Counted from the stretch's first letter, positions 35,991-46,994 are shown. The stretch is DNA of 64,000 bases from an uncultured Candidatus Saccharibacteria bacterium (GCA_964428845.1 CAYRZH010000001.1:74990-138989); one strand, 5' to 3'. Notes: generated from the sequence alone by a model not told the origin. Numbers and translations: made by a program.

Positions 35991-36496
35991 GGGCTCCGCC
36001 ATCCTATATTCACCGCGCTAGTTACTTCTAGCACGGCAAGAGGGGTGGGCTATGCGGAGTTTCACACACCCACTTTATGCTAGCACACCTAGGATTTTTA
36101 GTCAAGTACAAGAAATTAAATAGCAATTATCTTAGGTTCCAGAGTTTTTGGGCAACAAAAAACCGCCCGAGCGACAAAAGAGGTGTGCATGGACGGTTCC
36201 GAAAGAACAGCCCAGTTAAATTGAGAGTCCCCAAAGATGATATCCTTGAAAATAAAAAATTGAGAGTGCGAGGATATATAGTTTTGAGAAATGTCCTTTA
36301 ACCAGAAAAGTCTTCCGCTAGGTGGGCCTCACCATTGAAAGAACTAATGCCAGACTTTCGTGCCTAGTTATCAAGGACATCCATCTGGTCGTCTGCGATC
36401 TATTGTATCACAGTCAAAAAATATTTTGTCTTTTATTGGGGATAACTTTTGTCTTTTATAGAATCGCGCGGACTTTACCAAAGAAATCTACATAAT

Positions 36497-37267
36497 TTAA
36501 GCCTTCAAATCTAGAAAAATAGGGCAGTGATCAGAACCAAAAATATTGTCCATTATTCCCGTGGAGGTAATGAGTGGGAGAATTTCTGGAGTTACAAAAA
36601 AATAATCGATACGCCAGCCGACATTTCTGTCGCGTGCAAAAGTTTTCATATCCCAGTAAGTGTAGGCTCCGACCTTATCCGGATAAAAATGTCTGAAGGT
36701 GTCGATATAGCCAACACCAACAACTTTATCCACCCAAGCACGTTCGATCGGCAGAAATCCAACGTGGGTAGAGTTTTCTTTTGGACGAGCCAGGTCCATT
36801 TCTTTATGAGCAACATTTACATCGCCGCAAAAAATTATTTTCTTATTCGTTTTTCGTATTTTCTCAACGAATTTTAAAAATTCCGCAAAAAATCCTAACT
36901 TATATTTCAGCCGTTCGGCGGGACCCCCACCATTGGGGAAGTAGCCGTTAATAAGCACAAAGTCCTTAAAATAGGCCGTTAAAAGGCGACCTTCCTGGTC
37001 AAACTCTGGCACCCCCAGACCCTCGACGATCTTTTCCGGTTTTACCTTAGTGAAAATAGCTACACCACTGTAGCCCATTTTTGCTTTAGCATGATCAAAA
37101 TATGAATGGTAACCGACTGGGTTTCTTGCTTCTTCAGGAAGTTGTTCGGGATGAGCCTTCGTCTCTTGGAGACAAAGGATATCGGGAGATTCGGCGAGAA
37201 TCGTTTGCCATTTACCCTTATTGTGGAGCGCCCGAAGGCCGTTTACGTTCCAGGAGATGATATGCAT
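36497..37267 (-). CDS. xth: Exodeoxyribonuclease III
   Basis: MHIISWNVNGLRA… plus the C-terminal SDHCP motif match ExoIII/APE1. Confidence 0.9.
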   Translation of the reverse strand: MHIISWNVNGLRALHNKGKWQTILAESPDILCLQETKAHPEQLPEEARNPVGYHSYFDHAKAKMGYSGVAIFTKVKPEKIVEGLGVPEFDQEGRLLTAYFKDFVLINGYFPNGGGPAERLKYKLGFFAEFLKFVEKIRKTNKKIIFCGDVNVAHKEMDLARPKENSTHVGFLPIERAWVDKVVGVGYIDTFRHFYPDKVGAYTYWDMKTFARDRNVGWRIDYFFVTPEILPLITSTGIMDNIFGSDHCPIFLDLKA

Positions 37268-37383
37268 GGGGTAATAATAACAGTTTTAGAAATAATTTTG
37301 CGCGGGGCGAAATTGGAACGTGGTAGGGCGCGGTAGTATCGAACGAAATCGAGTGAGGGAGAAGGATGGGGGATCCAAAAGAT

Positions 37384-38331
37384 TTACCTTTTCTTGTTGT
37401 GGAATTTCTTATGCACATCTCGCAGATGCTTGTCGGTGATGTGGGTATAGATCTGGGTAGTACCGATATTTGCGTGGCCGAGGAGCATTTGAACAGAACG
37501 TAGATCGGCGCCATTCTGAAGAAGGTCGGTAGCAAAGCTATGCCTCACGATATGAGGCGTAACTTTTTTGGTTATACCTGCTTTGATGGCGTATTGCTTG
37601 ATAATCCTCTCGACCGAGCGGGGAGTGAGCGTGAGCTCGTCTTTATTTTTTGCATTTTTCCCAAACTGTATAAAAAGGGCATCATCCATGTCTTTGCGTT
37701 TGTTGAGATACTTTCTGACCGCGTCTTTGGCATCTTCTGAAAGAAAAACCACGCGGACCTTTTCACCCTTGCCACGCACCGAGAACTCGTCGCTTTTAAG
37801 ATCAATGTCACGAGTGAGGGAACAGAGCTCGGAGACGCGTAGCCCGGTGGAAAAGAGAAGCTCGAGCATGGCGCGGTCGCGGAGAGAGCGCAGGTCATCA
37901 CCTGTAGGGGCCTTCATCAAGCGTTCTAGCTCGGCTCGCAAAATGAGATCGAGTGAGCGTTCGGGGGTTTTTGCAAGCTCTATCTTTTCTGGTGCAAGGG
38001 AAGAAACCTCTCGCTTCATGAGGTATTTGAGAAAGGCGCGCAGGGCAATGAGGTAGTAGTTTTGGGTCTTCTTCTTGAGCGTGTCTCCGACTTTTTCGGC
38101 GGCACTACCAGCATCCTGCCTATTGAGCCAGAGGCGATACTCACGTAAGAGTTTGTCGTCTATATCCTTGGGATTTTCCGTCTTGGCAAATTGTAGAAAA
38201 CGGGTCAGATATCGGTCATAATTCTCAACCGTCTTTAGGCTGCGGCCCTTTTCGATCTCGGTGTATTCGAGAAATTGGCGTTTGAGGTCGGTGAGTTTCA
38301 TGCTCCTTAATTTTAGCATGAAGTGTCGCAC
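37384..38331 (-). CDS. Tyrosine recombinase XerC/XerD-like
   Basis: …HIVRHSFATDLLQNGADLRSVQMLLGHANIGTTQIYTHI shows the R..H..R..Y catalytic-domain signature. Confidence 0.85.
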   Translation of the reverse strand: MRHFMLKLRSMKLTDLKRQFLEYTEIEKGRSLKTVENYDRYLTRFLQFAKTENPKDIDDKLLREYRLWLNRQDAGSAAEKVGDTLKKKTQNYYLIALRAFLKYLMKREVSSLAPEKIELAKTPERSLDLILRAELERLMKAPTGDDLRSLRDRAMLELLFSTGLRVSELCSLTRDIDLKSDEFSVRGKGEKVRVVFLSEDAKDAVRKYLNKRKDMDDALFIQFGKNAKNKDELTLTPRSVERIIKQYAIKAGITKKVTPHIVRHSFATDLLQNGADLRSVQMLLGHANIGTTQIYTHITDKHLRDVHKKFHNKKR

Positions 38332-38399
38332 AATATTGAAGGACCCCGGGCGGGCTTTTTCATTGTCGCAGGGGTACCAGCATCACAAACCCCAAGAAC

Positions 38400-38545
38400 G
38401 AAATCTCAAATGAAAAAATTTTACGGGGGGAATTTTGACAGATCCCGAGGCGGGACTTGCGAGCGCGACGGCGCGAGCACGAGGAATTTTTCAGCAGAAA
38501 AATATCCGTGCCCGACGAGGGAGACTGTCGAAATTTCCTGTTGCA
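38400..38545. repeat. GC-rich structured intergenic repeat (family member R2), in inverse orientation relative to R1 at 24385-24520
   Basis: Shares with R1 the blocks ccctcgtcgggcac (complement of 38508-38521 vs 24385-24398) and gctcgcgcc(a)gtcgcgct(g)cgcaag (complement of 38455-38477 vs 24466-24490). It is flanked by an imperfect 13-bp inverted repeat, ggaattttgacag…ctgtcgaaatttcc. Confidence 0.5.
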
Positions 38546-38578
38546 AAACTTTTTCATTCGTGATATTGTTAGCCCGCA

Positions 38579-38851
38579 ATGCTTACAAAAACAAAGAAAC
38601 AACGAACAATAAACGAGATCAAAATCCACGATACTGACACCGGTTCGCCGGAGGTTCAGATCGCCATTTTATCCAAGCGCATTGAGGAATTGGCCTCGCA
38701 TTTAAAGAAAAACCCGAAAGATATTCATTCGAGGCGTGGTCTCCTATCCATGGTTGCCAATCGCCAGAAGCATATTAATTATTTACAAAAAAAGAGCGCC
38801 AAGCGATACAACGCTCTTGCAAAGAAACTTAATTTAAAGAAAAAAGCTTAA
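38579..38851 (+). CDS. rpsO: 30S ribosomal protein S15
   Basis: 90 aa, …HLKKNPKDIHSRRGLLSMVANRQKHINYL…. Confidence 0.9.
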   Translation: MLTKTKKQRTINEIKIHDTDTGSPEVQIAILSKRIEELASHLKKNPKDIHSRRGLLSMVANRQKHINYLQKKSAKRYNALAKKLNLKKKA

Positions 38852-39405
38852 TGTCAGTAATAAAACATAAGGAACAACGAGTTGGTATTTTCATAGACAC
38901 TCAAAATCTTTATCACAGCGCGAAAAATCTATACAAATCAAAAGTAAACTTCGGACAGATAGTTAAAGATGCAGTGGCTGGCCGCTCACTTATCCGAGCC
39001 GTTGCTTACGTCATCACCACAGAAAGCGGCGACGAAAAAAGCTTCTTCGAGGCCCTGGAAAAAGTTGGCATTGAAACAAAAACTAAGAATCTACAAATTT
39101 TTGCTGGTGGTGCAAAGAAGGCGGATTGGGACGTGGGGCTTGCAGTAGACGCTATCAAGCTCGCCCCGAAGCTCGACACCGTAGTAATCGTCTCGGGTGA
39201 TGGCGATTTTGTACCGCTAGTGGAATATTTAAAAACAAACGAGGGTTGCCAGGTTGAAGTTATCTCATTTGGAAAATCTTCTTCGGCACGCCTGATAGAA
39301 GCAGCTGACGACTTTTTAGATCTAGACAAAAATCCACGCAAATATCTAATGATAGGCAACAGTAGAAGGAAGACTGGAAGAGAAACAGAAGAAATGACAA
39401 AATAA
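38851..39405 (+). CDS. NYN/LabA-like domain protein
   Basis: …VGIFIDTQNLYHSA… and …VIVSGDGDFVPLVEYL… match the NYN (PIN-like) signature. Confidence 0.65.
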   Translation: MSVIKHKEQRVGIFIDTQNLYHSAKNLYKSKVNFGQIVKDAVAGRSLIRAVAYVITTESGDEKSFFEALEKVGIETKTKNLQIFAGGAKKADWDVGLAVDAIKLAPKLDTVVIVSGDGDFVPLVEYLKTNEGCQVEVISFGKSSSARLIEAADDFLDLDKNPRKYLMIGNSRRKTGRETEEMTK

Positions 39406-39426
39406 CACCATCGTACTCCGATTAGT

Positions 39427-40314
39427 ATGGATGATGGTGAACAAAAAATAATACCGCTTCGCACGTATGAGGGCGACGTGGCTGAAGCTATAAGAAAAAC
39501 CAACGCTTCGGTAGCAAGCATAAATATTGCGGAGCAAAAAAGGAAAGCGGAGACAAAAAACTCTAGTGATTTGGGTGAAAAAACAGAGTCTTTTGCGCGA
39601 AACGGACTTATTTCCCTTGTCAGTATCCTTCTTATCCTGGTAGCTGGTGGCACCTTGGCGATCTTATTCTTCCTACAAAAAGACAAGACCCCAGAAATCG
39701 TTGTAACCCAGCGTTCAGTAATTTCGACAGACAACTTGAAAGAGGTTGATGTCAGCGGGCTCGGGCGTGAAGAATTGATAAAGGTCATCAATAGCAGTCT
39801 CGAGAAAAAATCCGCCGGATCAGTAACTGAAATAAGACTCATGGAGAACGGTCCGTCAGGTAGTTATCAGATACTTCCCGAACAGTTCTTTACGATTATT
39901 GGTAAGGGGGCCCCTTCTTCTTTGGCCCGCGCAATAGGTGAACCGTGGATGTTTGGCTCCTTCAGCACCAACGAACGAGCGGAGTCTTTTATTTTGGTAG
40001 CTGTAAATTCCTTTGATAATACATTTGACGGAATGCTTAGGTGGGAAAAAAGTATGGCAAATGACTTGAGAGAGATTTTTATTGACCATGAGACCATGGT
40101 GGGGACTAGTACACTAAAAGTCACCCCTGAAGTAAAAGAAAATTTTGAAGATTTGATTATTAAAAGCAGAAATACACGTGTCTTAAAGGACACCCGAGGT
40201 AATGTAATTGTCCTTTATTCTTTCTTGAGCGATAAATATCTCGTCATCACAACAAGCGAACAATCTTTTAGAGAAATCCTAAATAGGTTCTTGGCCTCTC
40301 GGTTTGTAAGATAA
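39427..40314 (+). CDS. Membrane-anchored hypothetical protein
   Basis: 295 aa with a single transmembrane helix near residue 70. Confidence 0.4.
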   Translation: MDDGEQKIIPLRTYEGDVAEAIRKTNASVASINIAEQKRKAETKNSSDLGEKTESFARNGLISLVSILLILVAGGTLAILFFLQKDKTPEIVVTQRSVISTDNLKEVDVSGLGREELIKVINSSLEKKSAGSVTEIRLMENGPSGSYQILPEQFFTIIGKGAPSSLARAIGEPWMFGSFSTNERAESFILVAVNSFDNTFDGMLRWEKSMANDLREIFIDHETMVGTSTLKVTPEVKENFEDLIIKSRNTRVLKDTRGNVIVLYSFLSDKYLVITTSEQSFREILNRFLASRFVR

Positions 40315-40333
40315 GGCATGATATTATGCTGTC

Positions 40334-40699
40334 ATGAATCCAAATATCGAAAAATTAAAGAGTAAACTTGAAGAAGAACTCGCAATGCTTGAGCAAGAGC
40401 TGAAGAGTGTCGGCAGAATAAACCCGGATAATCCAAAAGATTGGGAAGCCACACCCCCAGAAATGAACATTCTCGAAAACGACGAAGAGGAGGTCGCCGA
40501 CAAAATCAAAGGATATGAAGAAAATAACAGCGTTTTAAATCAGCTTGAAACTAGATACAATGAAGTAAAACGAGCTCTTGGAAAAATCGAATCCGGCAAA
40601 GGCTACGGTATATGTGAGGTAGGGGGTGAACAGATCGAAACAAACCGACTCGAGGCAAATCCAGCCGCTACTACGTGTACCAAACACATGAGGGCCTAA
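40334..40699 (+). CDS. DksA/TraR-family zinc-finger protein
   Basis: N-terminal coiled-coil, then C-terminal …YGICEVGGEQIETNRLEANPAATTCTKH. Confidence 0.65.
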   Translation: MNPNIEKLKSKLEEELAMLEQELKSVGRINPDNPKDWEATPPEMNILENDEEEVADKIKGYEENNSVLNQLETRYNEVKRALGKIESGKGYGICEVGGEQIETNRLEANPAATTCTKHMRA

Positions 40700-40814
40700 A
40701 GTTTTCGAGCAAGTATCGAGACAAGGTACCGTATCGAAAACTTTAACTTTTCTTAAGAAATATTTTATCTCCTGTGTGCTTAAATCAAAAAATGCCAAGT
40801 AGTTTCGGCGTTTC

Positions 40815-42410
40815 ATGAGCTTTGCAAAGGTGTTTAGTGCACAGGTCCATTACCTAGGCGGTAGAATTGTTGATGTCGAGGTCGACTTATCACGTGGTCT
40901 TCATTCTTTTTCGGTAGTAGGCCTCCCAGACAAGGCAGTTGAAGAATCACGAGACCGTATATCAGCAGCAATCAAAAACTCTGGTTTTGAATCACCAAAA
41001 CACAAAAATCAGAAGGTTGTTATCTCGCTTGCACCGGCACATCTTCGCAAGGAAGGCTCTGTTTTTGACCTCGCCATGGCTCTTGGCTACCTTCTTGCGG
41101 CCGGAGATATCTCTTTTGACCCAGCCGGCAAGCTATTTCTTGGAGAATTATCGCTTGATGGCGAACTGCGCGGCACGACTGGTGTTTTGCCGATTGTTAT
41201 TGAAGCACGCAAAAAAGGATTCCGGGAGATATTTTTACCCCTTTCACGTGCATCCGAAGCAGCCCTCGTCGAAGGCATGATTGTCTATGGGGCAGATACT
41301 TTGAGCGAAGTTATTGACCACTTAAATGTTAGAGGTCGAAAAGGGGATAAGGGGGCGAGAAAGATAAAACCATCCCCAAATATCAACATCGAATCTGCCG
41401 ACCAAGAGATCCAAACAGACCACGACAGTTTCGACGAGATAAAAGGTCAAGAATTAGCGAAGAGAGGTCTTGCGATCGCGGCATCAGGCGGACACAATGT
41501 CCTTTTATATGGGCCACCAGGAACGGGCAAGACAATGCTCGCAAGGTCTTTCCGCATGCTATTGCCAAGATTAAACCCGGAACAAGCTCTTGAGGTTACT
41601 TCGATACATTCTGCCGCTGGACATCTGTCAAAAACAATAATCACCGACCCACCTTTTCGTTCACCCCATCATACTTCTTCGCACGTATCGATCATTGGTG
41701 GGGGAAACATTCCCAGACCGGGCGAGATTACCCTCGCTCATCGGGGCGTACTTTTCTTGGACGAGTTTCCAGAATTTGAACGTCGGGTAATCGAAGTCCT
41801 ACGACAGCCACTCGAAGAAAAAGTTATCACAGTCTCGCGAGCCAGGGGTTCAGTTTGTTTTCCTGCAAACATAATATTTATCGCTACGATGAACCCATGC
41901 CCATGCGGACATTTTGGAAATACTTATCGTAATTGCTTGTGCTCTCCCACCGAAGTTACCCGATACCGAAGAAAAATCTCCGGACCGATTGCCGATCGGA
42001 TCGATCTTTGGATTGAAGTTGGACCGATAGAATATGAAAAGCTCGAAGATCTTTCTGATTTATCTAACACAAAAGAAAGCTCTCTTAGTAGAAGCGGTTT
42101 TTTAAAATTGAAAGAGGCAGTCCGGCAAACACGCCAGATCCAAACCGACCGTTTTAAGCATTCCCACAAAAATTACTCAACAAACAGTGACATTGCTGCG
42201 GGAGACCTCCCGATATATGCACCTCTCTCAGAAAAAGCGGAGGCTGTCTTGAGATCCGCAGCCAAATCATTGTCGCTTTCTATGCGTTCCTATCATCGTG
42301 TATGGAAAATTTCCAAAACAATTGCTGATTTAGAAGGGAAAACTGATATTGAAGAGGCTCATGTCCTCGAGGCACTACAATACCGCCCGCCGAGAGAACC
42401 TGGGGAGTAG
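40815..42410 (+). CDS. comM: YifB/ComM-family Mg-chelatase-like AAA+ ATPase
   Basis: 531 aa with an N-terminal Lon-protease-like domain, Walker A LLYGPPGTGKTMLA and a C-terminal Mg-chelatase subunit ChlI-like region. Confidence 0.85.
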   Translation: MSFAKVFSAQVHYLGGRIVDVEVDLSRGLHSFSVVGLPDKAVEESRDRISAAIKNSGFESPKHKNQKVVISLAPAHLRKEGSVFDLAMALGYLLAAGDISFDPAGKLFLGELSLDGELRGTTGVLPIVIEARKKGFREIFLPLSRASEAALVEGMIVYGADTLSEVIDHLNVRGRKGDKGARKIKPSPNINIESADQEIQTDHDSFDEIKGQELAKRGLAIAASGGHNVLLYGPPGTGKTMLARSFRMLLPRLNPEQALEVTSIHSAAGHLSKTIITDPPFRSPHHTSSHVSIIGGGNIPRPGEITLAHRGVLFLDEFPEFERRVIEVLRQPLEEKVITVSRARGSVCFPANIIFIATMNPCPCGHFGNTYRNCLCSPTEVTRYRRKISGPIADRIDLWIEVGPIEYEKLEDLSDLSNTKESSLSRSGFLKLKEAVRQTRQIQTDRFKHSHKNYSTNSDIAAGDLPIYAPLSEKAEAVLRSAAKSLSLSMRSYHRVWKISKTIADLEGKTDIEEAHVLEALQYRPPREPGE

Positions 42411-42450
42411 TCAGGGTCTTTGGGAGATTTTGGAAGTTGGAAAAACTGAT

Positions 42451-43308
42451 CTAGAAAGGATTCTTTGCCCCACGAACCTCGAAATGAAGATGAGGCCCGG
42501 TAGATCGCCCCGAAGAACCGAGGTACCCGATGACTTGGCCCTTTGTTACCACCATACCTTGAGAAACAATGCTTTGATTTAGATGGCCATAAAGAGTTTG
42601 TGTGCCGTTGTCGTGGAGAATAACAACATAATTGCCATAACCACCGTTCCAACCAGAATTCTTGCTGACTATGACTTTACCGGCAGCCGCAGCCAAGATC
42701 GGCGTACCTTTCGAATTGGCTAGGTCAACTCCGTTGTAACCATGAACACCTTGAGTTCTTCTACCACCAACGAGCGGTCTTAAGTAGTAACCACTGTGGT
42801 CAGGTAGGTTGCTAAACTTAGATGAATTACTAGTACTTGGTTTTGATGGGTTTGCTTTCTTCGGAGCAGGAGCTTCTTCGCCGTCAGGGACAATTATTTC
42901 CTCGCCGACAGCCAGCTTGACTCCGGGCTCGAGATTGTTGAATCTTACGATGTCCTTAGGATCACCACCATGCTTTTTTGCGATGCTCTCTACGGTGTCG
43001 CCAGCTTTTACAATATGTCTCACGCCAGAGATAGGCAGGATTGTAAGGGTCTGACCTTCAGAGATAGTACGACCCTCGAGATCATTGGCCCACAAGATAG
43101 TATTTACCGAAACACCATACATCTGCGCAATTTGTGAAAGAGTATCCCCCCTGCGAACAACATAAACACTGATCTGGCCATTTTGAGGATAGATAACGCT
43201 CTCACCAGTCACGTCATTTTGTGATTCGAGAGCTACGTTGTCGACAATGATGATGTCTCCATCACCGAGGGACGGATTTTGACTACGCTTAGCCTCCAGA
43301 AGTTCCAT
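42451..43308 (-). CDS. LysM-domain M23-family peptidoglycan DD-metalloendopeptidase
   Basis: Two LysM repeats (…YVVRRGDTLSQIAQMYGVS…; …HIVKAGDTVESIAKKHG…) and an M23 core (GYNGVDLANSKGTPILAAAAGKV…HLHFEV). Confidence 0.8.
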   Translation of the reverse strand: MELLEAKRSQNPSLGDGDIIIVDNVALESQNDVTGESVIYPQNGQISVYVVRRGDTLSQIAQMYGVSVNTILWANDLEGRTISEGQTLTILPISGVRHIVKAGDTVESIAKKHGGDPKDIVRFNNLEPGVKLAVGEEIIVPDGEEAPAPKKANPSKPSTSNSSKFSNLPDHSGYYLRPLVGGRRTQGVHGYNGVDLANSKGTPILAAAAGKVIVSKNSGWNGGYGNYVVILHDNGTQTLYGHLNQSIVSQGMVVTKGQVIGYLGSSGRSTGPHLHFEVRGAKNPF

Positions 43309-43777
43309 GTTCTGTGAGTTTACATACGTAGAGTTTACTTCTTCTGAACTTGCGGATTCAAATAGAAAATCTGATAGATTAGAAAGAAAAGAAGAGATGC
43401 CGGCGTTGGCACTCTGTGGCGAGAAAATAAGGCCAAAAACAAAGATGGAAAGAAAAACAAGCTTCGCTGACGCGACCTTGAAGAGACTGCCTTTTGAAAT
43501 TTTGTGATCCTGTCTTTCGCCTTGACCGTTACGGGACCCTAGAGGTTTGGATAAAATAAGCCTAATCTAAATGATAATTCAGAATTTCCGAAAATATGGC
43601 TAAATGAAGCCATATTTAACCAGTCATCAACATCTGTGTACCTAACCATTATACAGAGCAAGGAAGGTCGGTCAATTGACAAAAGCGGTCTTTGTGGATA
43701 TCCAATATGACGGCTTATATTATAGGTTTTTCGTGAATTTAACCAAAAAAATAATGGCAATTCAGAGCATGATATAG

Positions 43778-45772
43778 TTGTGTAACATTCTCATGGAATC
43801 TTACTTGGCGAGCCTAAATGAAAAGCAAAAAGAAGCAGTGTGCGAGACGCATGGACCAGTACTTATCGTAGCAGGAGCCGGAGCCGGCAAGACGAAGACC
43901 ATAACTCACAGAATATTTCATCTCATTAAGACCGGCACCTCTCCGTCGAACATTCTCGCCATCACCTTTACCAACAAAGCCGCCCGCGAGATGAGAGAGA
44001 GGGTTCTTTTACTTTTAAATAGCGACGAGGCAACAAAAAAACTGGCTTCGCGGGGACAGTTACCTTTTGTGAGCACGTTCCACGCCTTGGGTGTTCATAT
44101 CATAAGACAAAACGCCCAGCGTTTAGGCCTGCCAAGATTTTTTACCATCTACGACAAAGGTGACGCCAAAAGAATTATTAAAGAGGCTTTGGTCTCTCTA
44201 AACTACGACCCCAAACAAATCGACCCAGGTCGGATTCAGGGGGTAATTTCGCGAGAGAAGGGAAACTTCGTGACCGCTCGTGAGTACGCCGAACGAATCG
44301 GTAATGAATACTTCCCCAAGATTGTTTCCTCGGCCTGGAATTTCTACGAAAAAGCTCTGGCTCGCGAACAGGCATTAGATTTGGACGATCTACTTCTAGT
44401 GACAGCCAAATTCCTCGCCTCAAATGAAGAAGCGAAAAAGTATTATCAGGAACTTTGGAGGTTTATACATATAGATGAGTACCAGGACACAAACAAGGTG
44501 CAGTACGAGATTGCCAGACTGCTCGCAGAAGAGCACCGCAACATCTGCGTAGTGGGTGATACTGATCAAAATATATACAGCTGGCGAGGAGCTGATATAA
44601 AAAATATGCTTAGGTTCGAAAAGGATTATTCAGAGACAAAAGTTGTTCTGCTTGAAGAAAACTATCGATCGACAAAAAGAATTCTTGCCGCGGCCGAAAG
44701 TGTTATAAAGAAGAATAATCTAAGGATCGAGAAAAACCTTTTTACAAACAATGAAAAAGGCCAGAAAATAGGGCTTTTTTGTGGGTTGAACGAAGTTCAC
44801 GAGGCGGAGTTTGTCGCAGAAAAAAGTGAGGAGCTCTTAAAAAGTGGGGTGCCTGCCGACGAAATCGCCGTTCTTTACCGTGCCAATTTTCAATCAAGAA
44901 TCCTTGAAGACGCTTTTTTTGGACGCGGCGTTCCTTATACGATGGTCGGTACCAAATTTTTTGAGAGAAAAGAAATAAAAGACATGCTGTCTTTTCTGCG
45001 AGCCGCTCTCAACCCAAAAAGTGTCGCGGATATCAAGCGCGTCATAAATATTCCGGCACGCGGCATCGGACCAAAGACACTCGAGAAGATTATGGCTGGA
45101 GAAAAAATTTCTGGGGCAATAGAAAAAAAGGCCGCAGGATTCTTTTCATTCCTTTCTAAAATAAAAGAGCTGGTATCACAAGAAAAACCATCGAAGATTA
45201 TAAAATTCATCATGAAAGAATCGGGGGTCGAGGAGTCACTCAAGCTCGGCAGTGACGAAGACCGTGACAGACTTGAGAATATTATGGAACTTGTGACACT
45301 TGCCGCCAAATATGACGGCTATCCAAGTGAAGAGGGGATCGAGCGACTGCTTTCTGATGCGGCGCTGGCTGGTAGTGAAGAGTCTCCAGACGAAAATGGT
45401 GAAGGGGGAGGGGTTCGACTTATGACAGTTCATGCTTCCAAAGGTCTCGAGTTCGAATATGTCTTTATAACAGGACTGGAACAAGATCTTTTCCCGCACA
45501 GAAAGATTAATGAGTCTGGTATCAACGCAAACGAAGCGGAAGAAGAGCGACGACTTTTCTATGTTGCCCTTACTCGAGCCAAACAGAAAGTTTTTCTTTC
45601 ATACGCCGGATATCGTACAATCTTCGGTGAGAGAAGGACGAATGCCCCGTCCGAATTTATATATGACATCAGTAGTACTGATGTCGAACAAGAATTTTCT
45701 CAATCTTCAGACTTTGCCCCCTTTGATGACACAATATCCAAAAGGAACAAAGAAAGATTTATAGAATTTTAA
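43778..45772 (+). CDS. UvrD/PcrA-family ATP-dependent DNA helicase
   Basis: AGAGAGKTKTITHRI (motif I) and other superfamily-1 helicase motifs. Confidence 0.85.
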   Translation: MCNILMESYLASLNEKQKEAVCETHGPVLIVAGAGAGKTKTITHRIFHLIKTGTSPSNILAITFTNKAAREMRERVLLLLNSDEATKKLASRGQLPFVSTFHALGVHIIRQNAQRLGLPRFFTIYDKGDAKRIIKEALVSLNYDPKQIDPGRIQGVISREKGNFVTAREYAERIGNEYFPKIVSSAWNFYEKALAREQALDLDDLLLVTAKFLASNEEAKKYYQELWRFIHIDEYQDTNKVQYEIARLLAEEHRNICVVGDTDQNIYSWRGADIKNMLRFEKDYSETKVVLLEENYRSTKRILAAAESVIKKNNLRIEKNLFTNNEKGQKIGLFCGLNEVHEAEFVAEKSEELLKSGVPADEIAVLYRANFQSRILEDAFFGRGVPYTMVGTKFFERKEIKDMLSFLRAALNPKSVADIKRVINIPARGIGPKTLEKIMAGEKISGAIEKKAAGFFSFLSKIKELVSQEKPSKIIKFIMKESGVEESLKLGSDEDRDRLENIMELVTLAAKYDGYPSEEGIERLLSDAALAGSEESPDENGEGGGVRLMTVHASKGLEFEYVFITGLEQDLFPHRKINESGINANEAEEERRLFYVALTRAKQKVFLSYAGYRTIFGERRTNAPSEFIYDISSTDVEQEFSQSSDFAPFDDTISKRNKERFIEF

Positions 45773-45806
45773 GCTTATTTTAAGCCACTTATCAGCCAAA
45801 ATCAAA

Positions 45807-46592
45807 ATGAGAGCAAAAAAATCACTCGGCCAAAATTTTCTTTCTTCGAGAAGAGCCCTCTCCCAAATAATTCAAGCCGGAAAGATCGAGCCAGGAGAGA
45901 TCGTGCTTGAGGTAGGCCCAGGCAGAGGAGCCCTCACCAGATTTCTTCTTGCGGCCGGAGCAAAGGTCATTTCTGTTGAAAAAGATGATGAACTGACTAT
46001 CTTTCTAAAAAAAGAATTCGAAGCCGAAGTCCTTACCGGGAACCTTACGCTTCTGAACACAGACATCCTTGAGATAAATCCGAACGACCTTGGTCTCTCT
46101 TCTGGTAAATACAAAATCATTGCAAATATACCCTACTACATAACTGGCCAATTCTTGAGAAAATTTATCTCTGGCGAAAACACTCCAAAGAGTATGGTTT
46201 TACTCCTCCAAAAAGAGGTTGTTTCTCGCATCATTGCCCGGGACGGCAAGGAAAGTATTTTATCTTTAAGTGTGAAAGCGTATGGGACAGCAAAACTTAT
46301 CGGGAAAGTGCCCGCTAGAGAATTTCGGCCAGCACCGAAGGTTGATTCGGCTATTATTGCCATAGAAAATATCTCTAAGAAGAATTTTCCAACCAAAGCT
46401 TCAGAAGAAAAATTCTTTGCACTTATAAAAAGTGGCTTTGCCCACAAAAGAAAAAAGCTAATAAGAAATCTGGAAACACTTTCGGATGCAAAAAGGTTAG
46501 AGAGTGCCTTCGAAAAATGCAAAATTCCTTCCGGTATGCGAGCGGAGGATCTAACGATAGATGACTGGCTCGCTTTGTCTCAACAAATTTAA
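45807..46592 (+). CDS. rsmA: 16S rRNA (adenine1518/1519-N6)-dimethyltransferase RsmA/KsgA
   Basis: LGQNFL…EVGPGRGALT…. Confidence 0.9.
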   Translation: MRAKKSLGQNFLSSRRALSQIIQAGKIEPGEIVLEVGPGRGALTRFLLAAGAKVISVEKDDELTIFLKKEFEAEVLTGNLTLLNTDILEINPNDLGLSSGKYKIIANIPYYITGQFLRKFISGENTPKSMVLLLQKEVVSRIIARDGKESILSLSVKAYGTAKLIGKVPAREFRPAPKVDSAIIAIENISKKNFPTKASEEKFFALIKSGFAHKRKKLIRNLETLSDAKRLESAFEKCKIPSGMRAEDLTIDDWLALSQQI

Positions 46593-46616
46593 AAACTCGA
46601 ACCAAGAGACTCCGGG

Positions 46617-46994
46617 CTAGAGGCTTGTGCCTGTCTGATGTATCACACCGAAGCTCGGCACTGGTACGCAAGCGAGACCTACCCAAATAAAACACGTTTG
46701 GATGCCCGGAACATAATCACCAAGCAGCCAGACGCCAGGCGAGGGTATCACGTGATGAGCAAAAACTATAGTGCCACCTGGTTGGTAGACCAGAGCTCCA
46801 GACATGGGGGCAGGGGAGAAAAACGGCGTCATATATAGCCAAAAATTGGCACTGCAGGTACAAGGGATTACATTTACCACAAAACCGCCGAATGATGTAA
46901 AACCAAGAGCATTTGCAAAAATCGGCAATGAAAATATGACGACAATCAAGGCCGTGCTCATTAGAATTTTTGGAAAGATTTTTACTGCTCTCAT
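46617..46994 (-). CDS. Small Cys-containing membrane/secreted protein (hypothetical) at the left edge of the T4SS-like cluster
   Basis: 125 aa with an N-terminal hydrophobic helix. Confidence 0.3.
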   Translation of the reverse strand: MRAVKIFPKILMSTALIVVIFSLPIFANALGFTSFGGFVVNVIPCTCSANFWLYMTPFFSPAPMSGALVYQPGGTIVFAHHVIPSPGVWLLGDYVPGIQTCFIWVGLACVPVPSFGVIHQTGTSL

